Source: Candidatus Eiseniibacteriota bacterium (GTDB taxonomy: Bacteria; ARS69). From it: a DNA stretch of 10,905 nucleotides. A program made the position numbers and the translations under genes. The stretch spans positions 1 through 10,905 of the forward strand of contig JBQTGV010000181.1 of NCBI GenBank assembly GCA_052390515.1, given 5' to 3'. Positions within the stretch are counted from its first letter, which is position 1, and every line of letters begins with the position of its first letter. The notes below the pieces were generated by a model, which saw nothing but the letters and a program-made list of their open reading frames with translations, did no database searches and was not told the DNA's origin. Positions 1-7,727 of this stretch are shown piece after piece.

Positions 1-872
1 GGGTCGGAGCTCACGCCGGAGCGGTTTGTCGTACTTGACGGGCCGCGCGTAGCCGACGCCGGTAGTGAGATATTGATCGCCCCGAACACGCTCACCGAAG
101 CGAAGTCCCCCTTCGTGAATACCGCGCCGGGCTGAGGTGGGTCGACCTGCATAAAGGTGCTGCCGTTGTCGAGGCTGTACTGTGTCAGGACACGATTCGC
201 GCTCGCCTGGATGACGAGCCGGAAGATCACCCGCGACGCGCTCCCAAGGCTCACGAACACGGTCTGAAACACCGAGAGCTCCGAGAACGACCGGCGATAG
301 AGAGCGTGGATACAAAACGTGTTGCCACACCAGCCTGCCTGGATATTCGTTACCTCGTCAGTCCCGGCGATCTGAAGCCCGTAGTTCTGCCGCTCCTCGG
401 GTAAATCTCCACGGAACGACGCAGTCACCACCGCATCGCCAGCCTCCCTCCGCAGGTGGGAAATGAAGGCCGACGATGTTTGGCCCAGGACACAGTGCCG
501 GACAAGAAATGTCGCCCCGTGCACGCGATCGGTCGACTCGGTCGCCCCGTCTCGGCTCCGAAGATTCAAGAACCCTCCGGATTCCGACGGCGGGCCTCCC
601 GGCGCACAACCGAACGCCGCGGTTGGAGCGGTTATCACCGAGCCATCGTTGAAGTCATCGACGAAGTCAGGGACTCCGTCGAGTGAACCGAACGTGTTTC
701 CATCGATCGATAGCCGGTCCAGGGCGAAGTCAAAGCTGAACTGCGCACTCGCGGGCCCACTGTGAATCAGGAGCACTGCTGCTGCTGCCACGGCAATGAT
801 GCTGTTCTTGGAGCCTAGCCCGGTGCTGTACATCCGGTGAACGACCGTCGTGATCAGCGTGGTCAGACTCAT
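1..872 (-). CDS. Secreted hypothetical beta-rich protein, 3' end outside window (>=290 aa)
   Basis: Manual translation from ATG at 872 (alternative in-frame ATG at 833) is stop-free to the window edge: MSLTTLITTVVHRMYSTGLGSKNSIIAVAAAAVLLIHSGPASA|QFSFDFALDRLSIDGNTFGSLDGVPDFVDDFNDG...VIFRLVIQASANRVLTQYSLDNGSTF... Hydrophobic stretch plus an ASA|Q signal peptidase I-like site. Purine-rich AGGACGG upstream. Confidence 0.8.
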   Translation of the reverse strand, partial: MSLTTLITTVVHRMYSTGLGSKNSIIAVAAAAVLLIHSGPASAQFSFDFALDRLSIDGNTFGSLDGVPDFVDDFNDGSVITAPTAAFGCAPGGPPSESGGFLNLRSRDGATESTDRVHGATFLVRHCVLGQTSSAFISHLRREAGDAVVTASFRGDLPEERQNYGLQIAGTDEVTNIQAGWCGNTFCIHALYRRSFSELSVFQTVFVSLGSASRVIFRLVIQASANRVLTQYSLDNGSTFMQVDPPQPGAVFTKGDFASVSVFGAINISLPASATRGPSSTTNRSGVSSD

Positions 873-1220
873 AGGCCACCGTCCTGGCCAAGCGCACGTT
901 CATCTGCGACTGCAGCCCACCGGGAGCTGACGCGCGCCTGTGCGCGGTGGTCTGAGGGCGTGTGCTGAACTGCGTCAGAGGGAGGCTTGGCTCGACGGTC
1001 CCGCAGTAGTTGGCCGGGAATCCATTGCCCGCTTGATCGGCGCCCTCGCAATGACATCACGCGTCTCCGTGCACTGGACACAGCGGTAAACTGGGCATCC
1101 GACCCAGGCGAAGGCCACTGAACTACTGACCGGTCGGTGAGGAAGGCACACGACCCTGCCTCCCTGAGCACTTTGCTGGACCGGCGGTGGCGCACAATGA
1201 GAACGGCCGACATGCTATAC

Positions 1221-1241
1221 CGTCAATACTTAAGATTGATG
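1221..1241. promoter_or_regulatory. AT-rich imperfect palindrome CGTCAAT-ACTTAAG-ATTGATG, candidate operator overlapping a minus-strand TTGACG -35-like hexamer
   Basis: 7-bp arms (6/7 complementary) with a 7-bp spacer. AT-rich island in GC-rich DNA, upstream of the minus-strand secreted gene. No convincing -10 at a 17-bp spacing. Confidence 0.35.
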
Positions 1242-1346
1242 AGGGCGGTGCGTGCCAACTCGCAAGCGGGCTGGACCTCCGGAGATCGACGCCGGAGCCA
1301 GTCACGGTGCCACTGATCGCTGGTCGGCGCATGGTCGTGCTCCGCT

Positions 1347-1423
1347 AACCCTGATTTTCACGGGTTGGAGTTCCGGTAACACCGGCCCGCCCTCCCGCCG
1401 GAGCGGCCCCTCGTGACCGCTCC
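1347..1423 (-). other. Cluster of three stem-loops (possible structured RNA, terminator or element end)
   Basis: AACCCTGA-TTT-TCACGGGTT (1347-1366), CCGGT-AAC-ACCGG (1373-1385) and GGAGCGGCC-CCTCGT-GACCGCTCC (1400-1423). The last pairs fully (one G-U) only on the minus strand. Confidence 0.3.
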
Positions 1424-1438
1424 CCGACCGGCCCTATT

Positions 1439-1474
1439 GGCGTTATCAGATCTATAGTCTGATACTGCCTATCA
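1439..1474. promoter_or_regulatory. Inverted repeat GGCGTTATCAGA-N7-TCTGATACTGCC plus a third TATCA half-site; protein-binding or recombination site candidate
   Basis: 12-bp arms (10/12 complementary, perfect TATCAGA/TCTGATA core) at 1439-1450 and 1458-1469, spacer TCTATAG. A second dyad TGATA-N5-TATCA at 1460-1474. Confidence 0.45.
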
Positions 1475-1597
1475 CGATGACTGACCTCGTGGCGCCAGCC
1501 GCGCCGAAAAGCTCGCCTCAATGGCATTTTCCCCTCGTGACAGCGGCGACCCGACGATTTTTCCTTCGCCCTTGACACCCACAAGACCTAGTATGTC

Positions 1598-2229
1598 GGT
1601 ATCAAGAAATCACTAGATTCGGTAACAGAAGCCGCACGGTTCTTCTTGGAACCAGCGCACCCCCGCCAGCGCCAGTACGAAGCCCTGCGCGCCTACTTCG
1701 CCGAGGGCGCGCCGTCCGACACCGTCGCCCTCAGGTTTGGGTACCAGCCCGGCGCCTTCCGCGTCCTCTGCTGGCGCTTCCGCCACCGGATGGACCGCGA
1801 GTTCTTCCGGGAGATCCCGCACGGGCCGACCTCCCAGCCGCGCAAAGATGCCGTGCGCGCCCGCGTCGTCGCCCTGCGCAAGCGCAACTTCTCCGTGTAC
1901 GACATCCCGCGATGAGCTCGAGCGCGCCGGCCCCGCCCGCCTCAGCGTCACGGCCATCCAAGAAGTGTTGCGGGCGGAAGGCTTTGCTCGGCTGCCCCGC
2001 CGCGCTGATGAGGAGCGTCCGAGTCGTCCGCGCCCGTTGGCCGACGCTATCGCCGATGTGCGGGCGTTCTCCCTGGCCCCGCGGACGTTCTCCACCCGGG
2101 CGGGCGGCCTGTTCCTGCTGCTGTCGCTGCTGGCGCGCCTCGACCTCGACGCGCTGGTGGGCGCCGCGAAGTTCCCCGGCACGAAGATGCTCCCCGCGAC
2201 GCATGCCGTCCGCGCCGCCCTTGTCCTCA
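1598..2229 (+). pseudogene. N-terminal fragment of a putative transposase with HTH (unclassified IS-like family), frameshifted and truncated
   Basis: Removing one C from CCC at 1906-1908 joins ORFs 1646..1915 and 1737..2258 into ...ARFFLEPAHPRQRQYEALRAYFAEGAPSDTVALRFGY...RVVALRKRNFSVYDIRDELERAG...TAIQEVLRAEGFARLPRR...AGGLFL...PGTKMLPATHAVRAALVL. I recognise this as an HTH-bearing putative transposase N-terminus. No clean start codon, and homology appears to end at ~2229. Confidence 0.7.
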
Positions 2230-5200
2230 CGCGAGCGGCGCCGCGAGGTCGACCTTGAATTCGACGGCGAGCCTCTCGGTTCGCTCGATGTACGCCGGGA
2301 TTCGCAGCGCCGTGAACACTTCGTACGCCTCGCGAACATGCGTCGCCACTGCCGACCGGTTGCCCTGGGCATGAAAGAGATCGGCGAGGGCGAGATGCGT
2401 CCGCCCGACGTCGAACCGCGCGGATACCGACACGAAGATCTGCAAGGCCTGCCTGAGATGTGATTCCGCTTCCGCGTAGGCCCCTGCGGCCCGGGCGATC
2501 TTGCCCAGCGTCCGCAGGGCCCACGCCGTCCCGCGCGGGTATCCCGTCTTCTGGAGGATCTCCAGTCCTTGCTGCGCGAAGTCCCGGGCCCGGCCGAGCT
2601 CGCCAGTGAGGAGGTGCGCTTCGCCGAGGAGCATCGTGTACCAGCCCCGCGCCTGCCCCGACGGTGCGATGTCGTCGAAACGTTCCATGACTGCTCGATC
2701 AAGGGGATCGCCCGGGCGGTGTCTCCGCGTTCGAGGTAGGAGGCGCCGAGCTGACCCAGGGAGCACGCGAGGTTGAGCGGATCGGGCGACAGCTCGAGGG
2801 CGCGTTGCGAGATCTCGATGCCTCGGTCCCATTCGCCCCGGAGCGCCTCGAAATCCGCCGCCACCCAGGCGATGTGGCTCTGGAGTCGCCGGTCCCCGAT
2901 GGTTTCGGCGACGGCGTCGGCCTGGGCGAGAGCCTCCAGCGCCACGTCGAATTCGCCCATGAAGCCGTGGTTGCGCCCCACGAGCCAATAGGCGACACCG
3001 AGCCAGTATCGCTCGTTGGTCCGCTCGAGCAGCGCGACCGCCTGCCGGGCATGCTCGATCCCTGCGCGCGGCTGCCCCAACCAGTACGCTTCGCGCGCGA
3101 GCACGGTGCGCCCCTTCCCCAGGATCGCATCGTCGCCGCAGCTCTCCGCCGCCGCGATCGCGCGCTCGGCCGCTTCCGCCGCCTGCTTCCGATCGCCGAG
3201 GAGGCTGTACGTCTGGCCGAGCAGGAAGTGATAGGGCCCGTTGAACGCGGCGTCGCCAAGTTGCCCGAGCCGCTCCTGCTGCCGGAGCAGGAGGTCCACG
3301 CTCTCGGCGAAGCGACCCAGGAAGTAGAGCAGGTTGGCCTGACGAAGGACGAGATCCACGATGCGCGCGTCCCGCTCCTCCGGCCGTAGCCGCTCCGCGA
3401 GGCCAACTGCCTCCCGCAGCGTGTTGACCGCCTCGACATGGGCGTAGCCTCGGGCCGCCTGCTCCGCGACGCGGATCAGGTAGTCGATCGCCCGATCTCG
3501 AATCTCGCCTTCGCGATAGTGCACGGCGAGCGCGCCGTAGTGAGGCTCGAGGTTGCCGGCGTACACCGCCTCCAGGGCTCGACCGACCGCCGCGTGCATC
3601 AACGTGCGGCGGGACGGCAGCAACTGGGCGTAGGCGACCTCCCGAATCGACTCGTGCGTGAGATCGAATGCCCGCCCGGTCCAGCGCAAGACCCGGCGGC
3701 GTACGAGGTCTTCCACGGCTTCGGCCGCCTCCAGTTCCGGCAGGCCGGCCGCATTCCGGAGAAGCGCGAAATCGAACTCGCGTCCGATCACTGCGGCGAC
3801 CGAGAGCAGGCGGCGGCTCACGTCGCTGAGGTGCTCGAGGCGTCCGGCGATCACTTGTCGGACCCGGTCGGGCAAGAGCCCACTGCCGAGCGCTTCCAGC
3901 GACGCTCCCTGCTCGAACGCCCGCATGGTCTCGACGATCATGAACGGGTTTCCCTCGCTCACACGCCAGACGTACTCGCCGCGTCGCAGGATGGCCGCCG
4001 CGTCGCTACCGACCGGAGCGACGGCGCGCACGAGGGCTGTGGTGTCCGGGCGCGACAGCGGCGGAAGCGTGAGGTGGACGAAGTGCGGCTCGCGGCCCAG
4101 CTCGTCCAGGGCGTGGCGAAGCACCGGCGTGCTCGCCAGCTCCTCCTCCCGAGCCGTGAGCACGATCAGCACCGGCACGGCGCGGATCCGACGCGCCAGG
4201 AAGGCGAGCAGGCGCACGCTCATATCGTCCGCCCAGTGCGCGTCCTCGAAGACGACCAGCAAGGGCTGCCTGGCCGCGACGGATTCGACGAGCTGCGTGA
4301 CGCTCTCGAATAGCCTCAAGTGGTCCGCGGAAGAAGGGGTGCTGGCGTCCGACCCCGATTCTCCGAGCTCGGGGAGTAGCCGTGCCAGCTCCGCGCGCCA
4401 GACGGCTGGCAGCCCGTCCACCTCCGCCAGGATCTGACCGGTCCGAAACGCATCTACCCACGGACTGAACGCGAGGACCTGCTCGGTCTGGTGGGCGCGC
4501 CCCAGAAGGACCTGACCGCCCAGACGCTGGACCTCGGCGGCGAGCGCCGCCACCAGGCTGCTCTTCCCGATGCCGGCTTCCCCGACGACCGCCACGACGT
4601 GTCCGCGTCCGCAGGCCGCCGCCTCGAACGCGTGCCTCAACTGCGTCCGTTCCCCGTTGCGTCCGATCAGGGGCGCATCGTCGGTTGTCGTGGCGGCCTG
4701 CCGCGGGGTGGCGCGCTGTGGGGGACGGGCCGGCGGTGCGGTCGCCACGCAGCTCGCCCGGATTCGGCCGTCGGCCGCCGCAGGATTTCCTGGTAGAGAC
4801 GCTTCGTCTCGCCCTCCGGTTCGGTCCCTAGTCTAGCTCGCGCTGCAGCACCGCGACGCAGATCTGGTACTGCTTGAGCGCGGCGCCACGACGTCCCTGG
4901 CGCGCGTAGAGGCGCATGAGCCCGCGGTGCACGACCTCCTGGAGCGGCTCCAGCGCCAGGAGTCGGACGGCGGTCCGGATCGCCCGCTCGGTTGCATCCG
5001 TCTTCATCTGATGCGCGAGGAGCTTCGCGAGACCGTCAATGGCCAGTTCGCGCAGTCGTTCCCGCTCGCCGAGAAGCCAGTCCTCGAACACCGGCTCATC
5101 GACGCCGAGCCCGTCGAGCAGGTCGCCGCGGTAGAGGTCGGCCGCTTTCTCGAGCGCTTCCGGAGTGCCGTCGGTCAGCGCCTGCTCGAAGGCCGCGACG

Positions 5201-5505
5201 TCCACGTCGGTGACAGCGGAATTCAGCGCGACGCTGTTCCCGTCGGTCACGATGGCCCCGTCGCCGATGCCGACCAGCGCTTTGCCGAGTGCGCTCAGCG
5301 TCTGTCGAAGGCTGGCCCGGGCCCGCGCATCCTCGGAATTGCTCCACAGGAGGGTGGCGAGCTTGTCACGGGGATGGGCCTGACCGGGATGGACTGCGAG
5401 GTAGGCGAGCAGGGCCTGCGCCTTCCGCGTCGAAACGCTTACCGCCTCCCCCGACGCGAGCTTGACCCCGAAACCTCCGAGGACGCTGATCTCGAGCCGG
5501 CCCAT
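2227..5505 (-). pseudogene. SARP/AfsR-like regulator: wHTH + BTAD + STAND (AAA_16-like) ATPase + TPR; disrupted (~1091 aa if repaired)
   Basis: ATG at 5505 with GGGAGG RBS. N-terminus MGRLEISVLGGF...RKAQALLAYLAVHPGQAHPRDKLATLLW...ARASLRQTLS; BTAD AADLYRGDLL...FEDWL...LEPLQEVVHRGLMRLY; Walker A GEAGIGKS, Walker B LLVVFEDAHW, GNPF; then TPR-like helices. Lesions: 5-nt insertion with stop at 4828-4836, a frameshift in the linker (~4670-4785) and a 1-nt deletion at ~2689 (IEQS/MERFD). Stop TGA at 2227-2229. Confidence 0.88.
4828..4836. repeat. CTAG-T-CTAG direct duplication (putative IS target-site duplication or excision footprint)
   Basis: Deleting 5 nt restores the canonical BTAD end LQREL-GTEPEGETKRLYQEIL. 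The insertion creates the TAG stop. Confidence 0.65.
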
Positions 5506-5560
5506 CCAGCCTCCCGACCGTGCTCGAAGGGCCGTCAGCCCGACCACGGTCAGCGCGAAT

Positions 5561-5616
5561 TTTACGCCTTTTTCACGCTCGCCGTGACGAGCCTGTCACG
5601 CGCCGTCGGCTACACC
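5561..5616 (+). promoter_or_regulatory. Helically phased heptamer direct repeats (SARP-type activator boxes) and possible -10 for the 5665 operon
   Basis: TTTACGC (5561), TTCACGC (5572), GTGACGA (5584), GTCACGC (5595). ACG cores are spaced 11, 12 and 11 bp. TACACC at 5611, 9 bp after the last repeat. Located between the divergent BTAD regulator and the secreted genes. Confidence 0.6.
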
Positions 5617-5664
5617 GTGAGCGTGACCTTCCGCGACTGGAGCGCGAGCTCAGGAGGCTGAGTC

Positions 5665-6294
5665 ATGACCACGCTTCGTGTTCGGTGCCGCCTTCTTGGT
5701 CTGGTTCTTCTGGTGGTGGGCATCGCGGGTCCCATGCTCGCGTCGAGCGGGGGCGCCCAGGGACCCGCGCTGCCGCCGGAACTGGAGAAGCTCCGATCGG
5801 CCCTCGAGAAGTACCACGATCCCTACGTGGCCGTTCGCGACGGCTACTTCTCCACGGTGGGGTGCGTCCACTATCCCCAGCCGGGCGGGGCCGGACGGGT
5901 TTCGTATTCCGCCGGTGGGATGGGCATCCACTTCCTGAATCCCAAGCTCATCGGCCCGGTGCCGGACCCGATGCGCCCGCCGATCCTCATCTATGAGCCG
6001 GCCGGTGACACGCTCCGGCTCGTCGCGGCCGAATGGCTCGTCCCGCTGGCGACTGGCATCAAGGAGCGGCCGGCCGTATTCGGCCAGCCGTTCGACGGGC
6101 CGATGGAGGGGCATGAGCCGCTCATGCCCAGAGGGTTGCATCACTACGATCTCCACGTCTGGCTCTGGAAGGAGAACCCGGCCGGGCTGTTCAGTCCGAC
6201 GAATCCCAGAGTGACGTGCGCGGGCTACGGGCATTCCCTAGCGGAGGAGGCGCCCCACGTGGTGCCCCATGCGCACCACGGAGCCCTTCGTTAG
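5665..6294 (+). CDS. Secreted conserved hypothetical protein with His/Met/Cys motifs, 209 aa
   Basis: AGGAGG RBS at 5652-5657, N-terminal basic + hydrophobic signal, host-like GC3. Motifs DGY..CV, GGMGIHFLN, LIYEP, LVAAEW, FGQPFDGPM, HYDLHVWLWKENPAGLF..NP.V.C and a His-rich tail HVVPHAHH. Confidence 0.9.
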   Translation: MTTLRVRCRLLGLVLLVVGIAGPMLASSGGAQGPALPPELEKLRSALEKYHDPYVAVRDGYFSTVGCVHYPQPGGAGRVSYSAGGMGIHFLNPKLIGPVPDPMRPPILIYEPAGDTLRLVAAEWLVPLATGIKERPAVFGQPFDGPMEGHEPLMPRGLHHYDLHVWLWKENPAGLFSPTNPRVTCAGYGHSLAEEAPHVVPHAHHGALR

Positions 6295-6343
6295 GCGGAA
6301 CTGGGATGCTGGCCGGGCCGGCGAGCGCTCGAGGAGGCACATC

Positions 6344-7525
6344 ATGAGCAGCCCCATTTCTCGGCGAGCGATCCTCAAGGGCGGCGGGGCACTCCTCGGG
6401 GCCGCGGCGGTGCCGACGGGCCTCGGGCGGCCCACCGGCGGCCCGCTCTGGGTGCCAGAGGCGTCGGCGAGCCCGGGCGTGCAACTCGATCCGAACCACC
6501 CGACGCTGACGTTCACGCACGAAGGTTTACCGAATTCGTTCTCACCTGGCACCGTGCTCTTGATCAACGACAACAGCGTCGACGATATCAGTAACTTCTT
6601 CGCTGACGATCCCGACGCGGCAAGCAGCGGACCCGATCTCGATATCGTCACGACGTTCCGGGTTGCGAGCTCGTCGACGCGCAACGGCGTAGAGGCCGGC
6701 GTACGATTCGTCATCAACGAGGGCGGTGAGGACAAGAACATCGTCGCGGCATGCATCACCAGAGGAGTCGACGGAATCGGACTGGCGATCAGCACGCAAT
6801 ACCATCTCGACTCGAACTATCCGGTATTCGTCGTGGCGCCCTGGAGCGCGGAGACAACGCTTCGGGTTCGGCGCACGGCGGAGGGCGCCGAGATTGTGGA
6901 AGTCAATGGCCTGCCCCCGGTTCCGCGCGCTTTTCTGAGCCGTGACGCGCTCCCCTCGCGCGGCCGGACCAGCGCCACCGTGGAATTCGGCTGTCCTGCG
7001 GGCCCCGCCCGGGCGGAGCTGGCCATCTTCTCGTTCGAGTCGGTGCGCGTGGTTCAGCCGGTTGCGGGCACGCTGGTCTTCACCCGCTTCCGCGTCCACG
7101 ACTCCGACTCCACCGACCGGCTGCGCTTCCGCGCCGACTTCGCGCTCGGCGCGGGCACCGACGGCATCGACCCGGCGACCGAGGCCGTGTGGGTGCGCCT
7201 CTCGACGCCCTCGGGCGGGGTCTTCTACCCGCCGCCCGCGAACGACTTCAACCCGATCACCGGCTTCGACGTGCACGGCACCGCGCCCCGCCGCCGCTGG
7301 TCAATCTCGCCGGACGAGAAGGCGCGCACGGGTATCGAGCGATTCGACATCGACGAGGATCCGAACGACTCGGGCGGCGTGTCGTTGCGCGACGCCACGG
7401 CCAACGTCCCCGCCGGCGACTACTCGACTGTCGACGTCGAGATCATCATCGGCGACGACGAGCTCACGGGCACCATGCAGCTCGTGGAGAGCCCGCCGGG
7501 CAGCGGCCACTGGCGCGAGGCCTGA
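6344..7525 (+). CDS. Tat-exported two-domain beta-rich hypothetical protein, 393 aa
   Basis: The true start is likely ATG 6344 (GAGGAGG RBS at 6331-6337) rather than 6269. Twin-arginine motif SRRAILK, a hydrophobic stretch and a possible ASA cleavage site. 49 bp downstream of the previous gene, consistent with an operon. Confidence 0.88.
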   Translation: MSSPISRRAILKGGGALLGAAAVPTGLGRPTGGPLWVPEASASPGVQLDPNHPTLTFTHEGLPNSFSPGTVLLINDNSVDDISNFFADDPDAASSGPDLDIVTTFRVASSSTRNGVEAGVRFVINEGGEDKNIVAACITRGVDGIGLAISTQYHLDSNYPVFVVAPWSAETTLRVRRTAEGAEIVEVNGLPPVPRAFLSRDALPSRGRTSATVEFGCPAGPARAELAIFSFESVRVVQPVAGTLVFTRFRVHDSDSTDRLRFRADFALGAGTDGIDPATEAVWVRLSTPSGGVFYPPPANDFNPITGFDVHGTAPRRRWSISPDEKARTGIERFDIDEDPNDSGGVSLRDATANVPAGDYSTVDVEIIIGDDELTGTMQLVESPPGSGHWREA

Positions 7526-7552
7526 TGGCTCACTTCTCGCGCACCAGATCAA

Positions 7553-7727
7553 GAGGACGCGGACCTTATTGTTCAACCCTCGACGAAGCCGAGCGCGACC
7601 TTGTTGTCCGGGTCGCAATAGGCTGCGATCCCATCCCAGTGCCGGTCAATCATCGCGACGAACTTCTCGTAGGGCCACAGGCGTTGCCACTTCAGGGCCG
7701 CCCGGTGTTCGAAGAAACGGCCGCCCA
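7553..7727 (-). mobile_element. ISL3-family transposase C-terminal relic
   Basis: Minus-strand translation RFFEHRAALKWQRLWPYEKFVAMIDRHWDGIAAYCDPDNKVALGFVEG, then after a 1-nt deletion at ~7577, LNNKVRVL. This matches the ISL3 'EGLNNKI(R/K)' catalytic-Glu motif. No IRs found. Confidence 0.85.

Noticed and set aside
1243..1313. Two minus-strand TGGCAC motifs as sigma-54 promoters
   Set aside because: Neither has the GC dinucleotide at the required -12 spacing.
1350..1375. CCGTGAAAATCAGG (minus strand) resembling a cobalamin riboswitch loop
   Set aside because: The flanking AGGGAA and B12-box elements are absent.
1342..1450. Possible integron attC (CTAAC ... GTT)
   Set aside because: The inner AAC/GTT pair is only ~20 bp apart, the outer pair lacks GTTRRRY and L-box pairing, and there is no integrase or cassette array.
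1440..1467. Possible XerCD dif site (central TCTATA resembles TGTATA)
   Set aside because: The arms do not match the XerC arm or the conserved XerD arm TTATGTTAAAT.
869..1584. Short minus-strand ORFs 869..1213, 1123..1332 and 1345..1584
   Set aside because: Arg/Ser/Pro-rich with no motifs or clear RBS. The ATGA overlap at 869-872 alone is insufficient evidence.
1731..2690. Arg/Ser-rich C-terminal third of the 1005-aa ORF, and ORF 1613..2524
   Set aside because: Out-of-frame read-through after the ~2689 frameshift, and antisense to the transposase fragment.
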